Shown here: piece after piece, positions 47,225-55,963 of the stretch
Layout of the letters: each line of letters begins with the position of its first letter
How positions within the stretch are numbered: the stretch's first letter is position 1
DNA from: Patescibacteria group bacterium
GTDB taxonomy: Bacteria > Patescibacteriota > Microgenomatia > UBA1406 > GWC2-37-13
Reading direction: 5' to 3'
DNA length: 55,963 nt
Assembly: GCA_026416375.1 (NCBI GenBank)
Contig: JAOAFI010000019.1
Span: 1-55,963 of the forward strand
The notes under the pieces: model-generated
Seen by the model: only the letters and a program-made list of their open reading frames with translations
The model's database searches: none
What the model was told of the DNA's origin: nothing
Position numbers and translations under genes: made by a program

Positions 47225-47233
47225 TGATAAAAT
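47225..47233 (+). promoter_or_regulatory. Extended -10 promoter, probable leaderless start
   Basis: TGaTAAAAT lies 7 nt before the ATG at 47241. Confidence 0.6.
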
Positions 47234-47240
47234 AAATACA

Positions 47241-50150
47241 ATGTTAAACGAAACTCAAATAAAAGCAGTAAAATATAATCAAGGACCGCTTTTAATTATT
47301 GCTGGAGCTGGGACTGGAAAAACTACTGTAATTGTTAAAAAAATTAAATATCTTATAAAAACTAATTTGGCTAAACCAGAAGAAATACTTGCCTTAACTT
47401 TCACCGAAAAAGCAGCTTATGAAATGGAAGAAAGATTAGATCAACAAATGCCTTATGGTTATTTTCAAATGACAGTTGATACTTTTCATAGCTTTGCTGA
47501 TCAAATTTTAAAAAATGAAATTATCCATCTTGGAAGACCTAATAATTATAAATTAATGACTGAAACAGAAACAATAATTTTTTTTAAAAAAAATCTTTTC
47601 CTTTTTAATTTAGACTTATATCAGCCTATTGGCAATCCAAATAAATTTATAGAAAATATTATTGATCATTTTTCTCGCCTTAGAGATGAAAATATTTCTC
47701 CTGAAGAATATTTATCTTGGGCTAAAAAAAATGAAACAGATAATGATGAAGAAAAAAAAAGATATTTGGAACTTGCTCATGCTTATAAAATTTTTCAAGA
47801 TTTAAAGATAAAAGAAAATGTTTTTGATTTTGCTGATTTAATTTTTTATTTAATACAGCTTTTAAAAAAAAGGCCTTCAATTTTAAAACATTATCAAAAT
47901 AAATTTAAATATGTTTTAGTTGATGAGTTTCAAGATACAAACATTGCTCAATATGAATTAATAAAAATGCTAAAACCATCAACTCAAAATCCATTTTTAA
48001 CTGTTGTCGGCGATGATTCTCAAGCAATATATAAATTTAGAGGTGCTTCTGTATCAAATATTTTAAATTTTATGAAAGATTATCCTAAAGCAAAACAAAT
48101 CAATCTTTTAGAAAACTACAGATCAAATCAAGTAATTCTTGATAAAAGTTATCAATTAATACAAAACAACAATCCTGATACTCTTGAATTTAAGTTTGGA
48201 ATTTCAAAAAAACTTACTGCAGTTAATAAAAATGTTCCTAATGAACCAATTGATTTTTATTTAGCTGAAAATGATGAAGAAGAGGCTGATTTTGTTATTC
48301 AAAAAATTATTTATTTAAAAAAAAAGTTTAATTATCAATATTCTGATTTTGCTATTTTATGCCGAGCTAATAATCATGCTGATGTTTTTATCAAAAATCT
48401 TCAATATAGAGGTATTCCTTATCAATTTTTAGGACCAAATATGCTCTTTAAACAACCTGAAGTAAAAGATTTAATTGCTTATTTAAAATTTTTAAATAAC
48501 ATTTCTGATGATGTTTCTTTATATCGAGTTTTATCAATGGATATTTTTGACATCGATGCTATTGATATTAAATTAATTATAGATTTCTCTCAAAAAACAA
48601 ATCTTTCTATTTTCCAATCAATTGAAATATATTTGAGTTTTTTTGAAAAAGAAAATAAAAAACAAGAATTTGAAAATTACTATCAATTTCTTCCTCTTTT
48701 AAAAAAGGAAACCAGAGAAAAACTAATAAATTTCTTTAAAATGATAAAAAAACATTTTTCTCTTATTAAAAAAAATACCTCAGGAGAAATACTTTATGAT
48801 TTTTTAGAAACAACAGGATATTTAAAAAAACTTTCTCAATATAAAAATGAAAAAGAAGAAAAAATTGTTTTAAATATTTCAAAGTTTTTTAAAAGAATAA
48901 AGATTTTTGAAAATGAAAATAAAGAAAATTCGCTTAAAGATTTAGTTGATTTTTTAGATTTAAGTTTAGAAATAGGAGAATCGCCCATTGCTGGAATAAC
49001 TGATATATCTTCTTATAATGCTATTAATATCTTAACTGTTCATTCAGCAAAAGGACTTGAATTTCCTGTAGCTTTTATAGTTAATTTAACTCAAGGAAGA
49101 TTTCCGAGCAAAAATCGAAAAGAAATAATTCCAATACCTGAAGAATTAATAAAAGAAATTCTTCCTCAAGGAGATTCTCATATTCAGGAAGAAAGAAGAC
49201 TTTTTTATGTTGCAATGACAAGGGCAAAAAATCATTTATTTCTTACAGCCTCAAAATTTTATGGTGAAGGAAAAAGACAACAAAAAATTTCCTCTTTCAT
49301 TTTGGAAATTTTTGAAAAAGATTATCTTGAAAAAAAATATTTTGAAGCTAAAAAAAATCAAGAAAAAAATAATTTATTTTATCTAAAAAAAATTGAAGAA
49401 AAAGAAGAAAAAATAAAAGAAATAAAAAAATATTATTCCTATACTCAACTTGAAATATATGAAAAATGTCCACTTCAATATAAATATTCTTTTATTTTAA
49501 ATTTACCCACTCCAAAAACAGCATCATTAAATTTTGGAGAAATTATTCATCAAACTCTTTATAATTTTTATCAAATATTTAAGAATAATAAAGAAATTAG
49601 TATAAAAGAAATTTTAGAAATCTATAAAAACAACTGGCAACCAATTGGATTTTTATCAAAAAAACATGAAGAAAAATATTTTGAAAATGGAAAAAAAATA
49701 TTAATTAATTATATTGAAAAATATCATAAGAAAAATTTAAATATATTAAATTTAGAAATGCTCTTTAAAATAAAAATTTCCAATAATTTTTTTATAAAAG
49801 GAAAAATTGATAGAATAGACAAACTAGAAAATGAAAAAATTGAAATAATTGATTATAAAACAGGAAAAAAACCTGATAATAAAAAAATTTCAAAAGATCC
49901 TCAATTAACAATTTATGCTCTAGCTTTAAAAAATATATATAAAAAAAAATTTAATGATTTAATTTTATCTTATCTTTATTTAGAAACTCAAGAAAAAATC
50001 AGCTTTCAAAAAAAAGAAGAAGATGTTGAAATAGTAAAAAAAGAAATAAAAGAAAAAATAGAAAAAATAAATACTAAAGATTTTGCTCCAAATCCAGGTA
50101 TTCATTGCGATTTTTGTCCTTTTAAAATAATTTGTGAAGCTTGGAAATAA
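47241..50150 (+). CDS. UvrD-family helicase fused to C-terminal PD-(D/E)XK nuclease (AdnAB/AddAB-like)
   Basis: All SF1A motifs present (AGAGTGKT, DEFQD, TVHSAKGLEF, EERRLFYVAMTRA), then CPLQY, G...H, GKIDRID, IIDYKTG, QL.IY and C.FC.F..IC. Confidence 0.92.
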   Translation: MLNETQIKAVKYNQGPLLIIAGAGTGKTTVIVKKIKYLIKTNLAKPEEILALTFTEKAAYEMEERLDQQMPYGYFQMTVDTFHSFADQILKNEIIHLGRPNNYKLMTETETIIFFKKNLFLFNLDLYQPIGNPNKFIENIIDHFSRLRDENISPEEYLSWAKKNETDNDEEKKRYLELAHAYKIFQDLKIKENVFDFADLIFYLIQLLKKRPSILKHYQNKFKYVLVDEFQDTNIAQYELIKMLKPSTQNPFLTVVGDDSQAIYKFRGASVSNILNFMKDYPKAKQINLLENYRSNQVILDKSYQLIQNNNPDTLEFKFGISKKLTAVNKNVPNEPIDFYLAENDEEEADFVIQKIIYLKKKFNYQYSDFAILCRANNHADVFIKNLQYRGIPYQFLGPNMLFKQPEVKDLIAYLKFLNNISDDVSLYRVLSMDIFDIDAIDIKLIIDFSQKTNLSIFQSIEIYLSFFEKENKKQEFENYYQFLPLLKKETREKLINFFKMIKKHFSLIKKNTSGEILYDFLETTGYLKKLSQYKNEKEEKIVLNISKFFKRIKIFENENKENSLKDLVDFLDLSLEIGESPIAGITDISSYNAINILTVHSAKGLEFPVAFIVNLTQGRFPSKNRKEIIPIPEELIKEILPQGDSHIQEERRLFYVAMTRAKNHLFLTASKFYGEGKRQQKISSFILEIFEKDYLEKKYFEAKKNQEKNNLFYLKKIEEKEEKIKEIKKYYSYTQLEIYEKCPLQYKYSFILNLPTPKTASLNFGEIIHQTLYNFYQIFKNNKEISIKEILEIYKNNWQPIGFLSKKHEEKYFENGKKILINYIEKYHKKNLNILNLEMLFKIKISNNFFIKGKIDRIDKLENEKIEIIDYKTGKKPDNKKISKDPQLTIYALALKNIYKKKFNDLILSYLYLETQEKISFQKKEEDVEIVKKEIKEKIEKINTKDFAPNPGIHCDFCPFKIICEAWK

Positions 50151-50179
50151 TAAAAATTTAGTATAATTTAATTTAAAAA

Positions 50180-51658
50180 ATGATAAAAAAAATAACAGAT
50201 TCAAATATTTTTCACAAAATAGCAGATTCATTTGTTCCTTTTTTTTCCTGGATTATTATTACTTTTCCATTGTGGTTGTCTCCGTTTCATCCAGCAGTTG
50301 TTTCTTATTTTATAATTTCATTTAATATTTATTTTTTTTATAAATCTTTTATAACAGCATATTATGCTGTTTTATCCTATAAAGAAATATTATTTCATTC
50401 AAAAATAAATTATCAAAAAAAAATTAAAAAAATAAAAAATTCTTTTTATATTAATCATTTTGTTATTATTCCAAATTATAAAGAACATCTATATAAATTA
50501 GAGTCAACTATAAATTCAATCATAGAAAATGATTATCCTTACAAAAAAATAAACTTAGTCTTAGCTTTTGAAAAAAGAGAAAATGAAGCAAATAATAAAT
50601 ACAAAATTCTTTACAAAAAATATAATAAATATTTTCAAAAAATATTTGCTACTTTTCACCCAGATATACCTGAAGAAGAACCAGGAAAAGCTAGTAACCA
50701 AACTTTTGCTGCAAAAATAATTGATAAATATATTGAAGAAAACAATATAGAAAGAGATAAAACAATAATCACAATTTGCGATGCTGATAGTCATTTACCA
50801 AAAAACTATTTTTCTTATTTAACTTTTACATTTTTAAAAGATAAAGAAAGAATTTATCATTTTTATTGGGCACCCGTACTTCTTTATAATAATTTTTGGC
50901 AACTGCCAATTTTTGTAAGGATTCAAGCAACTCTTTCTTCTATTTTAAGACTTTCATTTTTATCTCAAAAAGAAAATCTGATTCAAGTATCAACATATTC
51001 AACTAATATGTGGCTTTTAAAAAAAATCAACTTTTGGGATGTAAATATTATTCCTGAGGATTGGCATATTTTTTTTCAAGCTTTTTTTAAATTTGGAGAA
51101 AAAATAAAAACTATTCCTTTATATACTATTGTCAATGGCGACGCTGTTTTTTCTGGAGCAATTTTAAAAACTTTTATTAATAGATATGAACAAGAAAGAA
51201 GATGGGCTTGGGGAGTAAGCGATGTTGGTTATTTTATTAAAAATTTTTTTAAAACCCCACATATAAATCTCTTAATAAAATTAAAAAAATTATTTTTTTT
51301 AATTGAAACTCATCTTTTGTGGCCAGTTTCTTTTTTTATATTAACAATAAGCGCTTCAATACCTCCGCTTATTAATCCTGTTTTTAAAAATACTGTTTTA
51401 GGATTTATTTTGCCAAAAACTTCTGCCTTAATTTTAACTCTAACTTCAAGTTTTTTAATTTTATATTTTTATCTTGATATTAAAATAAGAGAAAAAATAA
51501 AAATAAAAACAAAGATTTCAAACCTCCCAATTCTTTTTGTTCAATGGTATTTTTTGCCTATTGTTTCATTTTTCTTTTCTTCTCTCCCAGCTCTTGATAG
51601 TCATACTAGAATTTTATTTGGAAAAAAATTAAAATATAAGGTAACAGAAAAAATTTAA
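50180..51658 (+). CDS. Multi-TM processive-type glycosyltransferase family 2
   Basis: IIP.YKE, GKA.N, CDAD, PEDW and QERRWAWG (QxxRW-like) with flanking TMs. Confidence 0.85.
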   Translation: MIKKITDSNIFHKIADSFVPFFSWIIITFPLWLSPFHPAVVSYFIISFNIYFFYKSFITAYYAVLSYKEILFHSKINYQKKIKKIKNSFYINHFVIIPNYKEHLYKLESTINSIIENDYPYKKINLVLAFEKRENEANNKYKILYKKYNKYFQKIFATFHPDIPEEEPGKASNQTFAAKIIDKYIEENNIERDKTIITICDADSHLPKNYFSYLTFTFLKDKERIYHFYWAPVLLYNNFWQLPIFVRIQATLSSILRLSFLSQKENLIQVSTYSTNMWLLKKINFWDVNIIPEDWHIFFQAFFKFGEKIKTIPLYTIVNGDAVFSGAILKTFINRYEQERRWAWGVSDVGYFIKNFFKTPHINLLIKLKKLFFLIETHLLWPVSFFILTISASIPPLINPVFKNTVLGFILPKTSALILTLTSSFLILYFYLDIKIREKIKIKTKISNLPILFVQWYFLPIVSFFFSSLPALDSHTRILFGKKLKYKVTEKI

Positions 51659-51677
51659 ATTAATATTTATTTTTAAT

Positions 51678-52955
51678 ATGTTAAATTGGTTATTTTCAAA
51701 TACTCCTTTAGTTTTTTTTATTCAATCATTATGGAGAGATGAAGCTTTTTCTTATTTAATATCAAAAAAAAATATTATTGAAATTTTATTTCTTACAGCA
51801 AAAGATTTTAATCCTCCTTTATATTATATTATTCTTCATTTTTGGATTAAGATTTTTGGTTATTCTGAAATAGTTTTAAGATCTTTATCTTTAATTTTTT
51901 ACCTAGGTATTATCTATGTTTCTTTTCTTTTTTTAAATGAAATTTTTAAATTTAAAACAAAAAAATCTTTTTTTTATTTAATTTTTTTTATTATTAATCC
52001 ATCACTTCTTTATTACGCATTTGAAGCAAGAATGTATTCTATGTTTGCTTTTTTTAGTCTTTTATCTTTCTATTCTTTATTAAAAAAGAATAAAAAAATT
52101 TATCTTTTATCAACTATATTAGGACTTTATACTCACTATTTTATGATTTTTGTTATTTCTATTCAATATTTTATTTTTAAATCTAAAAACCAAATTAATG
52201 CTTTTTTAAGTTTTTTGCCATGGATTTTATTTTTATTTTTAAATAAAAATATTTTCTCATCTTCTTTTTGGATAAAAAATATTTCTTTAAAAGAAAGCGT
52301 TAATTTTTTAGGAAATATATATACAGGATATGAATATGATTTAAATTTTTTTAATAATCAAATAAATAAAATCTCTGTTTTTTTAATATTAATAATATTT
52401 TCAATATTCTTTTTAAAATTTAAAAACAAATCTGAAAAAAAAGTATTTAAAATTTTAATTATATGGGGATTTTTTATCCCTTTATTAATATTTTTTATTT
52501 CTTTTATAAAACCAGTTTTTTTATCAAGATATTTAATTTTTTCAACAATAGGATTATTGTTTTTAATAACTTTTATAATTGAAAAACATTCTTTTTTAAT
52601 TAAAACCATAATAATATTTTTATTATTTTTTTTAACATTAAATTATAATAAAATTCAAATAAAAGAAAGAAAAAAAGCCAATTTAAGAAAAACAATAAAA
52701 GAAATAAAATCGCTGATAAAAAAAGATGATTTTTTTTATGTTGTAAGTGAATTAGATTTTTTTATTGCTCAATATTATTTAAATGAAGACCAAGTATATA
52801 TTTGGCAAAAAAATTATCAAGAAATACCTGATTATGTTGGAAAAGTTTTAATACATGAAAATAAAATAAAATATAATCTTCCTTTATATCCAAAAAAAGC
52901 TTTTATTTTAGAAGATTCAAATTTAAATAAATATTCAATTCAATCAATATATTAA
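51678..52955 (+). CDS. GT-C fold glycosyltransferase (family 39/83-like)
   Basis: SLWRDEA, PPLYY.ILH.W, R.LS, EARMYS, YTHY and RY motifs with many TMs. Confidence 0.85.
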   Translation: MLNWLFSNTPLVFFIQSLWRDEAFSYLISKKNIIEILFLTAKDFNPPLYYIILHFWIKIFGYSEIVLRSLSLIFYLGIIYVSFLFLNEIFKFKTKKSFFYLIFFIINPSLLYYAFEARMYSMFAFFSLLSFYSLLKKNKKIYLLSTILGLYTHYFMIFVISIQYFIFKSKNQINAFLSFLPWILFLFLNKNIFSSSFWIKNISLKESVNFLGNIYTGYEYDLNFFNNQINKISVFLILIIFSIFFLKFKNKSEKKVFKILIIWGFFIPLLIFFISFIKPVFLSRYLIFSTIGLLFLITFIIEKHSFLIKTIIIFLLFFLTLNYNKIQIKERKKANLRKTIKEIKSLIKKDDFFYVVSELDFFIAQYYLNEDQVYIWQKNYQEIPDYVGKVLIHENKIKYNLPLYPKKAFILEDSNLNKYSIQSIY

Positions 52956-52968
52956 TAAAAATTATTTT

Positions 52969-52997
52969 TTGCTATTTAATAACTACTATTTTATAAT
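52969..52997 (+). promoter_or_regulatory. Sigma70 promoter of the tRNA
   Basis: TTGCTA-17 bp-TATAAT. Confidence 0.65.
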
Positions 52998-53024
52998 ATT
53001 TCTATTTTAAACAAAATTAATCAA

Positions 53025-53095
53025 TCGGGGGTCGTCTAATGGTAGGACACGACTCTCTGGAAGTCGCTATCTTGGTTCGAGTCCAAGCCCCCGAA
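53025..53095 (+). tRNA. tRNA-Gln (anticodon CTG), CCA not encoded
   Basis: Acceptor TCGGGGG/CCCCCGA, D stem GTCT/GGAC, anticodon arm CGACT-CT[CTG]GA-AGTCG and T arm CTTGG-TTCGAGT-CCAAG. Confidence 0.96.
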
Positions 53096-53105
53096 CTAAA
53101 AAAAT

Positions 53106-53414
53106 ATGATAAATATTTTGATAATCGTTAATTTGTTAATGTTTTTAATATTTTTTTTAAGATTAAACCTTTTCCCTCCTCAAATTCCTCTTTTTTATAC
53201 AAAACCAGAAGGAGAACTACAAATTGCTGAATCTTGGATGATTTTTTTAATTCCTTTTTTATTAAATTTATTCTTTTTTATAAATAACTATATTTTAAAT
53301 AATTTTTTTTTAAATGAAGAACTTCCAATAAGAAAAATATTTTTCTATCTAAATCTATTTTTGATTATTGGTTTTTTTTTAATTTTCATAAAAATAATTT
53401 TTTTAATAACATAA
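53106..53414 (+). CDS. Small 3-TM membrane protein (DUF1648-like)
   Basis: PPQIPLFY..P.GE.Q.A motif between TMs. Confidence 0.6.
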   Translation: MINILIIVNLLMFLIFFLRLNLFPPQIPLFYTKPEGELQIAESWMIFLIPFLLNLFFFINNYILNNFFLNEELPIRKIFFYLNLFLIIGFFLIFIKIIFLIT

Positions 53415-53418
53415 AAAT

Positions 53419-54483
53419 ATGTTTTTAATAATTTTTATCAGTTTTTTATTGACTTTTTTTATTACTCTTCCAACAATATATTTTGCTAAAAAAATAAATC
53501 TTTTAACTGATATAAAAAAAAGGTTTCATCCAGCTCATACTCATAAAGGGAAAATTCCCAGAGGAGGCGGAATTCCTATTTTTTTAACTCTTTTAATTTC
53601 GTCATTTTTGTTTTTGTCAATCAATAAAATAATTGTTGGAGTTTTAATTGCTAGTTTTCTTTTAACAATTGTTGGTCTTTTGGATGATTATTTTGATTTG
53701 TCGCCATATCTAAGATTTTTTTTAAATATTTTAATCTCAGCTATTGTTGTTGGTTTTGGATTGGGAATTCCTTATATATCAAATCCTTTTGGCGGAATTA
53801 TCAGACTTGATCAATGGAAAATAAATATAGATTTTTTTGGTAGTCGCCAAATACTCTTTTTAGCTGATCTTTTATCAATTATTTGGCTTACTTGGCTTAT
53901 GAATATGGTTAATTGGAGCAAGGGCATTGATGGTCAACTTCCAGGATTTGTGTCAATTACATCTTTTTTTTTGGGTATTTTATCTCAAAAATTTACTGTC
54001 TCTCACGATATAACTATTCAAAATGTTGCTAATCTTGGTTTTATTATTTCAGGTGCTTATCTTGGATTTTTGTTTTGGAATTTTTATCCGCAAAAAATTA
54101 TGCCTGGATATGGAGGCGGAGCTTTAGGAGGATTTTTGCTTGGAATTTTATCAATACTTTCTTTTGGAAAAGTTGGTACTGCTATTCTGATTTTATCAGT
54201 GCCAATGATTGATGCTTTTTACACAATTTTAAGAAGAATAAAAAATAAGAAATCGCCTTTCCGGGCTGATTGGGGACATTTTCACCATCGGCTTTTGGAA
54301 ATCGGCTGGGGAAGACGAAGAATCGCTGTTTTTTATTGGTTAATTTCTTTTATTTTAGGAATTGCTTCTTTGTTTTTAAAAGGAATTGAAAAAATTATTG
54401 CTTTTTTAAGTATTGGAATAATTTTACTAATATTTATTCTTTTAATTGAAAAAATAAAAAAAATAAGAAAAATTATTGATTGA
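53419..54483 (+). CDS. MraY-superfamily undecaprenyl-phosphate GlcNAc-1-P transferase (WecA/TagO-like)
   Basis: PRGGG, GLLDD, N..N...GIDG, L.WNFYP.KI..G and D.GHFHHRL. Confidence 0.9.
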   Translation: MFLIIFISFLLTFFITLPTIYFAKKINLLTDIKKRFHPAHTHKGKIPRGGGIPIFLTLLISSFLFLSINKIIVGVLIASFLLTIVGLLDDYFDLSPYLRFFLNILISAIVVGFGLGIPYISNPFGGIIRLDQWKINIDFFGSRQILFLADLLSIIWLTWLMNMVNWSKGIDGQLPGFVSITSFFLGILSQKFTVSHDITIQNVANLGFIISGAYLGFLFWNFYPQKIMPGYGGGALGGFLLGILSILSFGKVGTAILILSVPMIDAFYTILRRIKNKKSPFRADWGHFHHRLLEIGWGRRRIAVFYWLISFILGIASLFLKGIEKIIAFLSIGIILLIFILLIEKIKKIRKIID

Positions 54484-55156
54484 TGTTTTTTATTCTTGCC
54501 TGAAAAATTAAAATCTCATCCGGCATTGATAAAATAAATTTAACAAATTTAACAGTATAAAATGGATCAAAAGCGTCAAACAGATCTTTTTTTACTCTTG
54601 TCTTTTCAAAAAGCTTTGTTTTTATTTTGCCAGGATATAAAAAAATTATTCTAATATTATATGGGTAAAGTTCTTTTTCTAAAAGAATCAGAAAAACCGC
54701 GAAGCCACCATTTGCTAACATTATAAACAGATCTTTTAGCTTTAGCATTTAATCCTGCTTGAGAATTTATAAAAATAATTGTTCCTTTTTTGTTTTTTTC
54801 ATATAAAAAATCACTGATTTTGTCATAAAAATCTAACCTAACAAATTAACTTCAATTGTTTTTTTTATTTGAATATATTCATTGTTGTCAACTTCGCCCT
54901 CAATCCAAATCTCAATATTGTTAATCAAGATATCAATTCTTCCAAATTTATCTATTATTTTTTTAACTGTTTTTTCGCATTGATTAAAATCAATAATATC
55001 ACATAAAAAATAACCAACACTAAATTCTTTAGCAGTTTTTTTTAATCTTTATAAATTAGAAGATAAAATAATCACACAATAATCATCTTTTAAAATTCTA
55101 ACAATCTCTTTTCCCAAACCATCGCTTCCGCCAGTAATAACCACTGTTTTTTTCAT
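54473..55156 (-). pseudogene. Short-chain dehydrogenase/reductase pseudogene
   Basis: MKKTVVITGGSDGLG from ATG 55156, in-frame TAA at 55049-55051, then CDI...FGRIDILINN...EVNLLG. After a frameshift come INSQAG...YNVSK, and after another the track's 54473-54748 frame (LYPG...T). Confidence 0.85.
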
Positions 55157-55177
55157 AAATTAATTTTATAATAAAAT

Positions 55178-55579
55178 ATGACAATTTTAAAAGTTTATAC
55201 TGACGGCGGGTCAAAAGGCAATCCTGGACCAGCTTCAATTGGAGTAATTTTTTATCTTAACAATAAAATAATTCTTAAACATCATTCATCAATTGGCATT
55301 GCTACCAATAATGATGCTGAATATCAAGCAGTTATTTTTGCTTTAGAAAAAATAAAAGAAATCAAAAAAAAATATCCTATTGATAAAATAATTTTTCACA
55401 GCGACTCTCAACTTTTAATCAATCAGGTTAATGGTTTTTACAAAATAAAAAATGGAAAAATTAAAGAGTATATTTTAAAAATTAAAATTTTAGAACAAGA
55501 AATTAATCTGCCAATTGTTTACAAACAAATTCCCCGCGAAAAAAACAAAGAAGCAGATAAAATGGTTAATTTTTTTTAA
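55178..55579 (+). CDS. rnhA: Ribonuclease HI family protein
   Basis: YTDGGSKGNPG.A, TNN.AEY.A, SDSQL..NQ..G and PRE.N..AD. Confidence 0.92.
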   Translation: MTILKVYTDGGSKGNPGPASIGVIFYLNNKIILKHHSSIGIATNNDAEYQAVIFALEKIKEIKKKYPIDKIIFHSDSQLLINQVNGFYKIKNGKIKEYILKIKILEQEINLPIVYKQIPREKNKEADKMVNFF

Positions 55580-55581
55580 TA

Positions 55582-55958
55582 CTATATTAAATTTTCCGTC
55601 TTTACTTCTTTTTGAATATCATCGGCAAATTCTATTAAAATTCCTGGCTCTTTAGAATTATTTATAATAATATGCGTGCAATAAGGATAAACAACAAAAA
55701 GATAAAGATTGTCATTAGAGTTCATTTTTTGTTTATTTAGTTTTTTATTTTCTTTCCACCAAATCTCCAATCCTTCTCCAATACCAATAAACGCTTCCAT
55801 TCTTTTATGGGAATGGTTTCCGCCAAATTTTTTAGGTAAAATATAAACAAGTGATCTTTCTTTTATTTTAAAAGGAATTTTAATATTGTCTAAATTTAAA
55901 ACCCATAATGATCTTTTTTAATATATGTTTTATTTAATAACTTTTTTATAACTTTCAT
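55582..55958 (-). pseudogene. Cupin-like protein split by a single frameshift (pseudogene or homopolymer error)
   Basis: ATG 55958 gives MKVIKKLLNKTYIKK. A -1 shift at the A6 run (55914-55919) continues RSLWVLNLD...GGNHSHKRMEAF...H...N, a cupin HxH..E..H pattern. Confidence 0.6.
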
Positions 55959-55963
55959 ATTTT

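Noticed and set aside
49430-50150. Cas4-like nuclease suggesting a CRISPR-Cas or defence locus
   Set aside because: The domain is fused to a UvrD motor as in AddAB/AdnAB-type repair enzymes. No cas genes or repeat-spacer array are visible in the window.
1174-52609. Short alternative-frame or antisense ORFs in the track (e.g. 1174-1404, 3952-4143, 5812-6000, 9092-9283, 13043-13264, 14998-15183, 15472-15711, 19384-19566, 21464-21679, 23416-23676, 25350-25544, 30932-31141, 34303-34503, 37624-37809, 41108-41302, 43079-43387, 46791-46976, 49980-50231, 50561-50794, 52358-52609)
   Set aside because: They lie within or across well-supported genes, have no motifs, and show the F/L/I-rich composition expected from shadow frames of AT-rich coding DNA.
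53025-53110. tRNA-Gln as a prophage or island integration site
   Set aside because: There is no integrase nearby, I saw no duplicate of the tRNA 3' end, and the flanking genes are ordinary envelope genes.
54473-54748. 91-aa ORF as an independent gene
   Set aside because: Its C-terminal part is the last frame of the SDR pseudogene and its N-terminus is out-of-frame SDR sequence.
1-55963. Alternative genetic code (UGA=Gly/Trp, as in Gracilibacteria or Mollicutes)
   Set aside because: Conserved genes are full length under code 11, TGA ends several of them (ATGA overlaps at infA, rpoA, adk, rplP) and Trp is TGG.

Overview
This is a very AT-rich bacterial chromosomal window using the standard bacterial code (TGA is a stop, Trp is TGG). 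The gene set points to a Patescibacteria/CPR organism, probably Microgenomates (Roizmanbacteria-like); this is inference from class I LysRS, alpha2-type GlyRS, no uL30, a sortase, a baseplate-J-like membrane protein and DUF4012. From left to right it holds: a partial M20 peptidase, lysS, an orphan that looks like a divergent Maf-fold protein facing rdgB, and serS; a cell-envelope block (PBP1A, sortase, baseplate-J-like protein, solute-binding protein, VanW, LCP, two candidate sortase substrates, PilN/PilO-like genes); rpsT, glyQS, recO and a glycan-synthesis cluster; the tuf-S10-spc-alpha-rplM/rpsI ribosomal superoperon on the minus strand; then a UvrD-nuclease fusion, GT2 and GT-C glycosyltransferases, tRNA-Gln(CTG), a WecA/TagO-like transferase, an SDR pseudogene, RNase HI and a frameshifted cupin. 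I added rpmG and rpmJ, which the ORF track missed. I found no CRISPR array, rRNA or recognisable mobile element. The best leads are a promoter plus switch-like attenuator leader in front of rplC with a second hairpin inside rplC, rpsS and rpmG relocated within the superoperon, widespread leaderless starts with a Shine-Dalgarno site only on rpsT, a truncated uL15, an Adk double-kinase fusion and an in-frame palindromic insert in lysS. All calls come from motif recognition by eye; no database searches were run.
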